Assembly (NCBI RefSeq): GCF_001194135.2
Contig: NC_068981.1
Location: 72,299,156 to 72,363,155, forward strand
Direction of reading: 5' to 3'
DNA length: 64,000 nt
Origin: Octopus bimaculoides
Taxonomy: Eukaryota
Part shown: piece by piece, positions 1 to 12,960 of the stretch
Numbering within the stretch: position 1 is the stretch's first letter
How the letters are laid out: every line of letters starts with the position of its first letter
The notes under the pieces: generated by a model
What the model was told of the DNA's origin: nothing
Database searches by the model: none
What the model saw: only the letters and a program-made list of their open reading frames with translations
Program-made: the position numbers and the translations under genes

Positions 1-97
1 AATAATAATATTAGGGATAAAATCCAAAATTACAGGTAAAAACTCAATTAAAATCAATTTATTAAAAATTAAAATTAAATTAAGCTTCACAGCATAA

Positions 98-180
98 AAT
101 ATATAGTATTAGGGAAAAGAACCAAGGATTTTCATCGATGAGTTCATAAACCTTGGTTCTTTTCCCTAATACTATATATT
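98..180. repeat. Perfect 30-bp inverted repeat (hairpin) with a 23-nt loop, within an AT-rich interspersed-repeat-like segment
   Basis: 98-127 AATATATAGTATTAGGGAAAAGAACCAAGG is the exact reverse complement of 151-180. Confidence 0.9.
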
Positions 181-204
181 AATATGTATATATATATATA
201 TATA

Positions 205-365
205 TACGACGGGCTTCTTTCAGTTTCTATCAACCAAATCCACTCACAAGGCTTTAGTCGGCCCAAGGCTATAGCAGAAGACACTTGCTCAAGATGCCAC
301 GCGGTGGGACTGAACCCGGAACCAGATGGTTGCGAAGCAAGCTTCGAACGATACAGCCACGGCTG
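205..365 (-). mobile_element. tRNA-derived SINE (type B in this report), partial
   Basis: Reverse complement of the element at 48817-48980 (GGGCTTCTTTCAGTTTC...CACAAGGCTTTAGTCGGCCC...). Confidence 0.75.
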
Positions 366-1064
366 GCCTAGTGCAAATTGTTATTTGTTTTTCTACAGTT
401 TTATGCGTGTTTCTATTGTACAACACAGTGCACTACCAGGTTTCTGAAGTGTGGGTAGCATTGTTTTCTTTTATGTATATTTGTTGTGTTTGTATGCTAC
501 AATAGTTTTGCTTTGTTGTCGATACTTCTTTACTTGTTTCTGGTGTTAGTTTGATATTTCATCTGTTTTGGTAGAGAACGTTCAATGTGAGTTAATGTTA
601 TTACACTGGTTGAAGATTGAGTTACATGTCTAATGTGCAAGTTGTGTTAGTTGTTTTAGTGTCGGGTAGTGATTGTCTAGTGTTTTGTTGCGTGGGTTTT
701 GCACTTGTCGTTAATTAATCCCTAAGACTACCCTGACAGAGGTGACCTATCTTCAGCAGCATTCCAGCCATACTGTCCCGTCTTTTTTTTTTTATTTTAG
801 GCAAAATGTACCTCGAACTACAATATCTAGTGTATCCTTTTTAAAACCATAACGGTATGATCTGAAGGAGATTTGGTTGCTATTTTTAACGGGTTCTGCG
901 GCCTCGTTGAAGCTCATCCGTTGGCTCATGTTTGTTGTGTGTTGTTAAATTTGTGGGTAATTGTGTAAAGTATGAGTATCAAATGTTATTGTCATAGTAT
1001 CCTGTGTTGATTATGTGACTTGGAGATGTGCGTAGAATGTGGACTTCGCGTAGCAGGGGCAGGG

Positions 1065-1105
<41 letters not shown>

Positions 1106-1106
<1 letters not shown>

Positions 1107-1414
1107 AACAATGACAATATTGACCAAGGTTACCGTGGTCTTTTCCGTAGGCTTTTCTTTCCACGGCTAAACCTAAACTGTCCTCCCCTCTTTTTACACG
1201 AGAACATTAACATTACTGTGATACACGATCCCTATTGATCACTATTTTTTTTCTCGATCCCTTTTGATCGAACTCCCCCACCTTTTTCCTTCCTACGATC
1301 CCTTTTGATCGACACCCCCTACTTCTCTTTTTCCCCTACCCCCTCCCAAAAAGAAAAGCTCTACATTGTATTTGTCCCATCTTTGTTGAGCTCTGTGTGG
1401 CTAATAAAAGAAAT
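1106..1414 (+). mobile_element. 3' UTR fragment of a Tx1-like non-LTR retrotransposon inserted in a (TATC)n microsatellite
   Basis: Homologous to 29148-29393, which directly follows a Tx1-type ORF2 C-terminus. Ends GGCTAATAAAAGAAAT, is preceded by (TATC)n at 1065-1105 and followed by GTATCTACCT. Confidence 0.65.
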
Positions 1415-2702
1415 GTATCTACCTATGCTCATGTACTCTCTCTTTCTCACACACACACGCACAACACACAGATACAAATATATATGTACAAGAGCTATTC
1501 TAGGACTCTACATACAGTATATGTTTACTTAATATACCAACCATTCAAATAATTGCTCGTACTGTTTCCTTGATCTTTAATTTGATTCACTAGTAAGCTC
1601 ACAACAAAATGCCCAGATACCACAACAAAATGGCATACATACATATGTAATATATAGTTATATGGTTGTGCCTTTTGAAACGATTGTGCTATCCTCTCAA
1701 TGCACTTCTATGTAGTTCCGTCAATATAATTTCTTTCATATATATATATATATGTATATATGCGCGCGCATGTGTGTGTTGGTAGGTTATGCATCTATAC
1801 ACGTAAGTATATATACGTATAGTGCATCACGCTGTTGGTATATATATGGGATTACATTTCCAAAGAATTCTTTCCTAATTAAAGTTGTACTGTTTAATTT
1901 AAGGGAAATTTGGCTGCTATATCTAGCGTGTCGAGCATGCACAGAGGCAACCCACCGTTGATTCGACGCAAACGTTAATCTTGCCGTGTAGTTCAAGAGT
2001 AACCATAACTGAGAAAATATCAAATGTCTCAGTCTCGCCCTTTGAATATCACGAACTATATTATTCAATATCGCCTTTATTTAAGAATATGATTTCAAAA
2101 AGTTTCGGCTCCTATTTTCATTAGTTTGAATGATAACTGAACTGTGTAGGGTACCAAAACTTGACATATCTGGTAGTAAAAGTGTTTACTGTTAAAAAGA
2201 ATGTTTACGATAATTACAATGTGTCTATTCAATTATTTATATAAATATATAGATTTCAGATTAATTTAAAAGATATAAGTGGAAGGTGTAAAATTCGATA
2301 AAAAAAGCATTAAATCTATTGTATTTCGGAATGGGTTTTTTTCCTCATTATTTACCAATTATTTAACGGTTATCAGTTGCTACATTAATAAAGTAATTTT
2401 AAGGATAGAGAATATTTTATAACAAATTATGGGTCTATTAAATAGCCAAAGTAACTTGTTTACGAGGGCATTAGACTGAAAATCTAAAAGTCTCTGATTC
2501 ATTCTCGAATTCTTACACTATGATAAGATTGTTTGTTTTTTTTAATTATTACTAATTGAAATTTCTATTGTTCGATTCCTTTGCTAACGGAAAATAATAA
2601 GAGAGATATTCTTTTTAGTCTCTTACATGCATATCACCGCATATCAATCATTATAACATGTATAAAATATTTTGTTGTATTGTAAAGTTTATATCTGCAC
2701 AC

Positions 2703-2734
<32 letters not shown>

Positions 2735-2737
2735 GAT

Positions 2738-2772
<35 letters not shown>

Positions 2773-3203
2773 NNNNNNNNNNNNNNNNNNNNNNNNNNNN
2801 NNNNNNNNNNNNNNNNNNNNNNNNNNNNNNNNNNNNNNNNNNNNNNNNNNNNNNNNNNNNNNNNNNNNNNNNNNNNNNNNNNNNNNNNNNNNNNNNNNNN
2901 NNNNNNNNNNNNNNNNNNNNNNNNNNNNNNNNNNNNNNNNNNNNNNNNNNNNNNNNNNNNNNNNNNNNNNNNNNNNNNNNNNNNNNNNNNNNNNNNNNNN
3001 NNNNNNNNNNNNNNNNNNNNNNNNNNNNNNNNNNNNNNNNNNNNNNNNNNNNNNNNNNNNNNNNNNNNNNNNNNNNNNNNNNNNNNNNNNNNNNNNNNNN
3101 NNNNNNNNNNNNNNNNNNNNNNNNNNNNNNNNNNNNNNNNNNNNNNNNNNNNNNNNNNNNNNNNNNNNNNNNNNNNNNNNNNNNNNNNNNNNNNNNNNNN
3201 NNN

Positions 3204-3237
<34 letters not shown>

Positions 3238-3238
<1 letters not shown>

Positions 3239-3368
3239 TGGTTGATTGTTGCAACTGGCTTGTGGAAACCTAACATCCCCAGATTCGATGGAATTGAACT
3301 CACACAAGGATATGAATCTATTTCAATTAATCCAGAAGATTTTGAAGGAAAATCAGTTCTTATACTTG
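3238..3368 (+). CDS. FOXRED2: FAD-dependent oxidoreductase domain-containing protein 2, internal coding exon (first exon visible in the window)
   Basis: CAG|A...CTTG|GTAAG. Encodes WLIVATGLWKPNIPRFDGIELTQGYESISINPEDFEGKSVLIL, matching recalled human FOXRED2 (VATGLSVPN...[22 protein letters not shown]). Phase is compatible with the next exon. Confidence 0.9.
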
Positions 3369-3435
3369 GTAAGCTATTAATATTTTTCTTTCTATTTTAC
3401 TGGATAGGCACACACACAAACTCAATCACACAATA

Positions 3436-3470
<35 letters not shown>

Positions 3471-4324
3471 GTAAAGTTTTATTGTTTATTGTATAGCCAG
3501 TAGCCAGAAGTGCTCAGGTAAAAGATCCGAGACTCAAAGGTATAAAAAATGCTGAGAATTTCAGATAGGTTTATCAATTTAATTATACATGTATTCTGCC
3601 ATAGATCAATGCACATCAGTATTTAAAATATACCAATATATCAGTCGCTAAAGTACATCCATATATATGTATATATATATATAAATTTATATAAATAAGG
3701 ATAAGATCGTTATTTAAAATACCCATCTTATCAGGTGGCCAGCGAGATGTATTGTTTCTCCTGGTAGTGAGATGATAGCAACAATGACGATGGTTACGAT
3801 GACTAGTGAAGGATGTCGATGATCACTGTTATCGTTCTTGATTATGATTAATGAAAGCATATGTTTATGATGATGATCCACCTCTGCCTGTTTGTCTCCT
3901 GTTTTCTCCTAGGAAATTTGCTTGAATTATTGGAACAAGTACATATTTTTAGGCGTGTGTCTTTCTAAAGACCAACATCTCATTTGTAATTTGAGTGAAA
4001 CAGAATTACATAGACTGAAACAAATGATCAGTGTTCTTCCAATTATTGATGAAAACTTGATGTTATTTTCTCTAAAGATAAAATTTTGAATAATTAACGT
4101 CTGTATCAGCAAATTAGTTCCTAATTTAAAATGTCTTAAATGGAAATTATTATTTTTATACATCTCGTAATTGTCTATCTCTACTATAATTCCCTGTTAT
4201 CTTAGACATATAAACAAAGCTATAAGCATACGAACTGAATAAAATATGAGTAAATATGTAGAAAGATATTGTTTGTTGAACATTGATGTTACCCACAAAA
4301 TATTTATTTTTTCTATTTTGAAAG

Positions 4325-4445
4325 GTCGTGGTAACTCAGCTTTTGAAACTGCTAATGCAATTTATGGTGCAACTAATGTAATACATATGGTTGCTAGAAG
4401 CAGGGTTAGACTAGCGTGGGCCACTCATTATGTTGGAGATCTTCG
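4325..4445 (+). CDS. FOXRED2: FOXRED2 coding exon (dinucleotide-binding GxGxxA motif)
   Basis: AAAG|GT...CTTCG|GTAAG. Encodes GRGNSAFETANAIYGATNVIHMVARSRVRLAWATHYVGDLR. Confidence 0.95.
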
Positions 4446-4510
4446 GTAAGCATATTCTCGTGGAGAAAACTTTTTTGTTACCTTTCTGTTCAATATTTAA
4501 ATGTCTCAGT

Positions 4511-5225
4511 AAGGCGTCATGCTGGCGGAATCGTTAGCACTCCGGGTAAAATGCTTAGCTGTGTAACGGCTCCGTGAATTATTGTGAATACTGTTGTGTT
4601 ACTTTGTGAAAACTGTCTCGGTGAATAATTGTGATTTTTGTGGAATTATTACGGTTACGTTTCACGTGAGCTGCTGCATTTTTTTCCCAGCTATGGCAAG
4701 TGGTAGTGTCTCCAGTATGGAGAGCTATACCGAAGCCACCTCGGTGAGGAAGCCAGTGCCGCTAGAAACCAAGTTAATCAAGTTGGATATGGAGGAGGTG
4801 ACCAGAAGCATGAATTTGATAGAAGTTGAGGGAGACTCATAAAAATGTTTACATGATGTTGAACGTAAAAGTGAAAAACTGGATAAATGTAACCACCCGA
4901 CTTTGGGGATCGAGTGGACATTGCGCCTCATTTGTTTCATTTTTGCATATTATCATTTTATTTTAATTACTCCGATTTATGTTTGCGTTTGGTACTGTTT
5001 TTATGTTTTGTGATGTCTTAAAAATTCTTTGTATAGCCCTTTATGGGTACTAAAGAAATCGGTATTTCGTCCGTGTTTACGTTGTAAGTTCAAATTCCGC
5101 CGAGGTCGACTTTGCCTTTCATTCTTTCCAGCCTGATACAAAAAATGTCAGCTGAAAACTGAACTCGATGTAATCAGTTCCCCCGCTCTCCCAATCCTGC
5201 TGGCCTTGTGCCAGAATTTGAAATC
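4511..5225 (+). mobile_element. tRNA-derived SINE (type A) split by an inserted element at 4565-5059
   Basis: The 5' half (AAGGCG...GCTGGCGGAATCGTTAGCAC...ATGCTTAGC) resumes at 5060 with CGGTATTTCGTCCG...GTTCAAATTCCGCCGAGGTCGACTTTGCCTTTC. Confidence 0.8.
4565..5059 (+). mobile_element. Internally deleted copy of the ORF1-only element E1 (21524-23077)
   Basis: 4565-4841 matches 21524-21797 and 4842-5059 matches 22859-23077. It keeps a 49-codon mini-ORF (MASGSVSSMESY..., 4693-4842). Confidence 0.9.
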
Positions 5226-7117
5226 AATATTTAAATGCCTCACTTATTTAACAGTTACATAGCAGGCGTTATAGAAATGAACGTGATTTACTTTACAAAA
5301 TTTGCTTCGGGCTTTGAAATATTCCTTATTGTTGTATTCAGAAATGATTTTAAAACATTTCGAGGATTGTTGTGGGGTGAAACTTGGCAAACTATTTTCG
5401 ATTCATTACTTGATGCAAGTCCACTTCGCTTATGCAGCAAATGGACATACAAAATCCTTTACTATACAATATTTTTGTGTCTTATTTAAAGACTAAATAA
5501 AAGTCTTACAATTTACAATTATTACTTCTTTCGTTTTACCATACGGCCAGAATACAAATTCTACATAGGTGTGCTTATGGTTGATGTTTAAAAAAAAAAC
5601 AAAAACATTATACCAATCTATGTTTTCATCCGTCAAAACTCATTTCAAACGAAAGAATAAAAAAAATAGAAGGGAAGTAACGAAACGTTCAAATATATTT
5701 TGACGATAGGACGAATTGAATCTCAAAGTGACTAATGGTAGCCCATATCAACTGCAAAATATTCCGCGATGTTCGAAGGTTTCATCGTTTACTTAATTAT
5801 TTTCGATGATATCGTAATACATTTCGTATGAAACGTTAATACTAAAGTAGCAAGTATTGTTACGATACGCCAACTGTAATTAACAATAAAAGAAAGAATA
5901 CTTTTAATGATCTTTAAAACTTGCTAACTAGTAAAAAGTTTATTCGTCAAAAGAGTAGCTAAATGTTATCAGACTCTTTATTCTAGCTTTCTATAGAACT
6001 GAATATAAAATAAGGTTATGGAAAACAATGACGAAACGTTCAGTTAACTACTTTATAATTCAGAATAACTGGTATGCCAAAGTGTTATATGTTAAAAATA
6101 GATTGCTCACCGAGCTATTGCCAAATTTTTATATTTGATATCTTCCCTACGCTGTCAGGTGGATGAACGCCCCCTGATGACTTATTTATCGAATGTCAGT
6201 CAATCCGGGAGATTGTTTACTCATGACGATTGAAAGGTTGACAGCATATATGGTCAAAGTATTCATTTGCAGCTTGGGCAGTGTTTAGCAGAATAGGAGG
6301 ATTAACCACTTAGTCTAGGATGTATGCATCAGTCTTGCAGGCCTGGAGCCACAGCATATAGCGTCACCGCTACAACTAGAACCTGCTGACTTTACGTCAT
6401 TTCTTAGTGCTTGGTAGCCATGTAACGCAGTTGTACGAAGACTAGTGATCTTGGCCGCATTGTTTCATTGCAGCGCATATCCAACCTAAGGTGGATATGG
6501 ACTTCAACACAACAATCTGTCACTCTGACTTCCACAGTAGATGTAGACACCCTAAAAGACTACAATCATATATGATCCATGTAGAATTTGTTTAAGGATA
6601 TAACTAAATGCCATAACATACTTTATCCAGTGGGCTACCGATTTTGCCACTCTACTTATTACTTGCTCCTATCAAGCACTGAAGCAAATACTGTATATCA
6701 AATGCGTTGGATACTCTAAAAATTCAAATATAGGTCAAGCCTTAAATATGAGCTTAGTATGTCGAACCAATAACTTTAACAACTTTAACAACCTTATTCC
6801 TTATTCATTTGTAACAGAAATATAAATATTCAAGAGCTGAAATGTTAATCCTCATTTATGTCTTAAATTTCACCCAACAACAATACTTTGTTCCTACAAC
6901 TATTTACATATGTTGATTCTTTATGCATTTATTAGCTACAAATAGGTTTAGTAAAACACATTTTTTTTTAGATCAATTATTAAATTAGTTTAATCATTAG
7001 ACGAAGGTAGTTCACCTTTGTTCATTAAATTTTTATTTACAGGAGCGTTTGAATAATTTCCTTTTAAATTTACTATTTTTTATTTATTTTTTTTTGGTTT
7101 CTGGTTTCGTTATACAG

Positions 7118-7333
7118 TGCTGTGAACAATGGAGTGCTTGATACATATCAGCTAAAGTCCTTGGATGGCATTGCAGAAGCTTTCCTTTCTGACGAAACTA
7201 AGCTGATGTCAAAGAATGGAAAATTCCAGTTGGTTACAGACGACGAATTCTTTGATAATTTTGCGTTTCGGGAATCCTATGATGTTATTATAAGATGTTT
7301 AGGATTCACTTTTGATGATGAACTATTTTACAA
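7118..7333 (+). CDS. FOXRED2: FOXRED2 coding exon
   Basis: TACAG|T...TACAA|GTAAG. Encodes AVNNGVLDTYQLKSLDG...DNFAFRESYDVIIRCLGFTFD. Confidence 0.95.
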
Positions 7334-8247
7334 GTAAGCATCATCTATTTATTAAAGCCTGAATGTTTTCCTCAAAAGTGTATATTTAACTGTGAGTTAT
7401 GCTAAAACAAACTGCAAATAAAAATTTCTACCAAGAAACAAAATTTGGATATTTATAACTTAAGCCTTGAAAACCTGTGTTGATACAATATAGTGTGCTG
7501 TCAACCTGAGTTATATTGTTTAAAATTATTCTAACTATAAGGCTAATATTTTTGTTTGAATATCAAAATAAGACAATATAAAATAATGTAAACTAAGATT
7601 AAATGAAATAAGAAAAGGTCAAACATGTCATGTATTATTACATTTATTTGTTCGGATTAATGTTCTTATCTTGGTTGTTATTCTCACCGCATTTCGGCTG
7701 TTGTGCCTTCTGATTTTCTTTAGGCGCTTTATCTTTATCGGTAACGTTCTCGGAATTTCAAACATAACATCTGAACCTTTTCAAAGGTTATTCTCATGTT
7801 GTTGTTTTTGTATGAGTGGCTCAAAACAAACTAAAATCGAATCCTTCGTTTAGGAAACGTATCAGCATGCTGATAAAAATGTTGATGCTCTGTGTACGAA
7901 CATTATACTTCCAAATCAGGTCTGGCCTATATTAGCAAGAAGGAGGCTAAGCTATAGATTTGCTATTATCCCCAGCAATGACAAACATATACACGGAATA
8001 CTTTAAGATTATATGATATTACTTAAGCCTGAGATATGGCTGAGATGCCTATTAGACCCCTTCATACTCTGAAATCACCTGTAGGGTAGGAGAATAAAAG
8101 ATTCCAAAATGTCACTGAATACATCAAGTATCTGAGGGCAAAAGTTAAAATAACCGAAAATTTTTATGACTATAGTAACCACAATGCGAACACCAGTCTA
8201 TATAAATCAATATACAGCAACAATAAAACTTCATCTCAAAAACATAT

Positions 8248-8280
<33 letters not shown>

Positions 8281-9194
8281 TACACATATTATAACAACAA
8301 AACAAGATAAGTTTAAAATAAGGTAAAGCAATACAAGATAATGAGATATTTATTTTTAAGAAACTAAGTAACATAAGAAATATAGCTGACTTATGTAGGG
8401 CGGGAAACACTTCAACTGAAGAATGTTTTACTATCTTTCATTGCTAATCTCAAATCTTATCAGCGATATGGAGCAGTTAATGAAGAACCATTGTTAGTAT
8501 GCCTCCCCAACAAATTACAACATTCACACTAAGTTGCCAGTGGTGTCCCATTGAGTTACTGGGTAATACGAAAATTAGCATCAAGTCTTCCCGTTTGCCT
8601 GTATTATTATTTTCAACATGAATTACCTAGATAATGGTTTATTATCTTCAGCCATTGCTTCCTATGAAAGAAAATTATAGTTGTCGCGCTTCTTCAAAAG
8701 ACATTGTCAATATAAGCAAAATGAACTGCTGAGCTATGCACATAACTCTTTTTACGACATGAATACTGGAGATAGATTATTTGAATACGTGTGTATGTTT
8801 AGATATATGAGAGCATAAATTATTCATTATATTCTAAATATATATTTTGGCAAGTAAATATACCGACAAGATATCAAGTTTAAAGTGCTCGATGATTCAG
8901 AAATTGACAACATATTCCTTGGAGTAATTTTCCACGTTTTTTTTTTTTTTTTTGATCATTGTAATCTGATAGCCGCTTATTAATAAAAAGTCTTAGCACA
9001 TTGTTGAACAGAATCAATGGCGTTGTGAATGCATGGCTCAAGATACATATTTTAAGTTTAATTTTTATCATTATAGGCATTTTCTCTCCTGAAACTTCAG
9101 AATTCACCAACTATTAAAAGTATTTGCTTATGTGTATACAAAGTTTGCTTTTATATGAATATAATATCAAGTTAATATATTATTAATTTATTGG

Positions 9195-9400
9195 AATAGC
9201 TGGCAGAATCATTAGCACACCGGAAAAATACTTAGCGGCATTTCGTCCGTCTTTACGTTCTGAGCTTACATTCCGCCGTGGTTGACTTTGTCTTTCATCC
9301 TTTCGGGTTCGATAAAATAAGTTCCACTTGAACACTAGGGTCGGTGTGATCGACTAAACCCCTCCCCCGAACTGCAGGTCTTGTGCCAAAATTTGGAACC
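9195..9400 (+). mobile_element. tRNA-derived SINE (type A)
   Basis: AGCTGGCAGAATCATTAGC head, GCCTTTCATCCTTTCGGG-like core and GTGCCAAAATTTGGAACC tail. Confidence 0.75.
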
Positions 9401-9888
9401 AATATAATATTAACGTCTATTTTTCTATATTACCTTCTTCAATGACTTAAACCTCATTTACAATGAGCTATGGGACCTAAGACTTTTAATGTTAATCCTT
9501 TCCCGATAGAAACTCTTCATAAAACCAATTACTAATTCCGGTTTTTATTGTGTTAGGTGGATGAGAGATAAAAGCTATCCCCTTGGATAGGACATTAGAT
9601 AATTTATTGTATGAAGCTACTCTTTCTAAAGGAACTGAATTTTATGCAGCAAGCCAATGTACCTCATTCTGCAATTACCTAAAAATAAAGTATAGCTGCT
9701 GGAGTAAGATTAGGGTCTAGTAATTATTTTTCCAATTTAATCTATAATTAATGTTGGTAATTTAAAGATCCCAGATGTAATCTGACAGGGAAAGATCGCC
9801 AAGGCATACAACACATCCAGCTTACGTCTTCACCACTTAACGAACACCATCTCTCTTCCTAATGTATAAATTCTTGCGCGTGTATGTT

Positions 9889-9926
<38 letters not shown>

Positions 9927-10058
9927 TATACATATATGTGTGTGTGTGAGTGTATACATACACACATATACGTGTACATACAGGCACATTCATACGTATG
10001 ATAGCTTATATCTAGGTACGGATATATGTGTATATATAGTTGTACGCGCACGCACATA

Positions 10059-10094
<36 letters not shown>

Positions 10095-11639
10095 AACTGG
10101 CACTCCGGCGGTACGACTACGAGAATTTCAGTCGATCCAACCATCGGAACTGACTGCTCGTGAAATTAACATGCAAGTGGCTGAGCACTCCATAGACACA
10201 TACTTTGTGCTTTGTGTTTTTTAAAATATGTGAGATAAATTTGCTGTTGTCAATCTGCATTATATAACGTCTGCACCGTGGAAAATAAACAAATATAGAT
10301 ACTGCTTTTTAGCCGCCTCGTAATAAAACGATTATCTTGACATGTTTCAGAACTTGTTGACCATACCACCCTTCAGAGGACAAATATCCGTCTCTCTTTT
10401 TTTACTATGAAGTGAACTTGTTACGAATCGCTATTTAAATCAGACACAAACCAGAATGTAGTTGTAATGGCTGACATCGTGACTAAATGATAAATAATCA
10501 AAACTTTGTCAGCGTGTAATAGATAGATATGTTGTTAGCTTACAGTTTATAAAGCTTACGCTGTTGACTGTAATAAAAAAAATAAATACACCTAAAGAGT
10601 AACCAACGAAACATGTCAGAATACTATCCTTATTTTTGTATATTCACAGAGAAGGAAAATATTCAGTTACTCTTGTATAGGTTAATACAGCAAAATTGCT
10701 ATAAACTATAAGCTACGTTAATTATTTATATGTGTGCGCGTATGTGCAAGTGTGTATATATGTATGTATATAATGTATACACATATTGTATGTTATATAT
10801 ATATATATGTATTATGCTTGTATAGTTGTATATCTATGTATATATATATGCACACACACGCACACACACACTCACACATGATGTACGCTTATATTTCATC
10901 GTATATATTTATGTATATATCAATAAGTATATATTGAGCTATATAGAAATGAATATACCACTTTTGTTGTCACAACAGTATTCACAGCTATCTGTGAATA
11001 AAGAAAAAAATATTTTCTTGTAGTAGAACTAATACTTTCTTTTGTGGCTTTTTTCTTTATTGAAGATATTTACTCTCTTACTATATCACTTGTTTCGGTC
11101 ATTAGGTTTCGCTTATGCGAGGATAGCTCATTGAAGAATCATACGCGCCATGTCGTTCGCAGTACTTACTTTTTCGTTAAGTCTGGTACTTCAGTGATTT
11201 ATATTTATCACAGACTCTGTTTTTTTATCAAGTGTTGACAAGTTTAAAATCAGAAGTAGATAGACACATAAAAGCACTTCCACACTGACACATTCATACA
11301 TACATTCAGTCACACACACACATATGTATGCACATATCCACACAAACACAACAGGTTTCTGCATAGCTACCGATTCTAATCACAACACATTTGTCGGGCC
11401 AAGTTTATAGTAGTAAATATTTACTATGCAGTGGCACTAAACTAGGTTTCACATGGATGTGAAGCAAACTTCATCACATATCCATACCTTCGCGCTACAA
11501 AATATTCTGTATCTACTTAAATTCTATTCAAGGCACGTTGGTAGCTCCAGAGGGATCACTACCAATACCGCCCCCCTACCATCATTATCATCATCATGTT
11601 TACGTTCGTTATTTTCAATGCTTGATTAAACTGGATGTG

Positions 11640-11920
11640 TTTTCAGCGCAGACTCTCACCATATGCAGTGTTACTTTGTCACCTTTGTGAAGTTGAGTCT
11701 TTTGAAATCAGCCATCACTATTTATTCTGCACGATCTTTCCATCACTTCTTCATCTATTGCATGTCCGCACCAGTGGAGTAATCTTTCTTACCCAGTCTC
11801 TTTCAAAGGCCTCCTCCAGATCGACGAATGTTAGGAACAGTGACTTGCTCTTAGTTAAGAGTCTGTCCTATAGTTGTCTCACCAAGAAGACGTCGGTGGT
11901 GGTATCTTCAAGCTGCATTA
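11640..11920 (-). mobile_element. Degenerate RTE-clade LINE reverse transcriptase fragment
   Basis: The minus strand reads DTTTDVFLVRQL*DRLLTKSKSLFLTFVDLEEAFER, resembling the RTE RT motif TTDAIF.VRQLQEK...K.LY.AFVDLEKAFD. Confidence 0.65.
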
Positions 11921-12449
11921 AATTTAAGTTAATTATCTTCACTTGTTCTATAATTGCTTCTGTTATTTTTCATAACAGTCCATAAATTTAAGCACCAGTA
12001 TTAATTATATTTTGAACATCAATATTAATTATATAAAAATTGAATATGGCATGAGTGATTAACTCTATTTTCACAATAGAAATGATCTTTGGAAAAGAGA
12101 GGGGATGAAGTTATTTAGCAATTTAAACATAATATGCTCAAAGAATTTTGGTAAAATGTTTTAAAAGATCAAAGACAAGAGAAAATTAGCTGACAAAGGC
12201 TGAACTATCAATTCTGTTTAAATGAAATTGGCTTTAAACTGATGTTAACAACGAGTGTGCGGAAACAGAATACCGGAAAGAATCCCATTTTATAAAATTT
12301 TCCTAAATCACAGGATATGCATCCTTGTAAATAGATTTAGATGTAGATATGAGATAAAGGTTTAGATTAATACTCTAAATATTGAAAATGTCGATAGAAA
12401 TGTTGTGTGACGTTGAAAGTATTTAACAGAAGGTTGAAGCAAGAAGATA

Positions 12450-12960
12450 TCATTAGATAGCTGACAGACGATTTTAGAATGCCTATTACTATGGTGAGTA
12501 AGGAGATAAGGGACGGTAGCTATGACATTTGAAGAGGCCTCGAGACAAGTGAAACTAAAACGTTTAGAGTTCTTGAATATTAGTTTGTCTATGTATGCGG
12601 TGTGTCAATTCCAGAAGTCTGCAGTTCTGAAGAGAAAGGAATGGGGTAAGAGTGCGGTGTTGGAAAGATGTAAAACAGGTAGAGTGACGAGTGGAGAAGC
12701 AAAGGGTGAGTTTAGTCATTTTGTGAGGAGAGAGTGTGCTAATAGCTCCTTCAGCAGTGCTGAGCCGGTCATTGTAGCGATAGAAGAGAAAAAAGGAAGG
12801 AACAACCCGTATCGATCGAAGGAACTTTCGGATTCGATCTCAGATGTTTTTATGTGTAGCACACGTATATATGTGTAATAATGCGGCTTCTGAATTCTTT
12901 AGAAGTTCTTCAAGGGTTTAGAGTTGAAGAAGAATCCGAAATTTTATGATGAAGTTTTAG
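12450..12960 (-). mobile_element. Highly degenerate CR1-like LINE ORF2 C-terminal fragment
   Basis: Broken minus-strand frames give LFYRYN... and RTADFWN*, resembling CR1-type SLFYRY...RT..LWN.LP. Similar to 40160-40470. Confidence 0.4.

Noticed and set aside
2634-3436. Long ORFs spanning N runs (also 27016-27306, 42649-43744, 57088-57524, 60291-60920)
   Set aside because: They are artefacts of translating gaps and (TA)n/(CA)n repeats. Only the embedded FOXRED2 exon and LINE pieces are real.
12522-12878. 118-aa plus-strand ORF
   Set aside because: No recognisable protein or splice support. It is antisense to a decayed CR1-like remnant.
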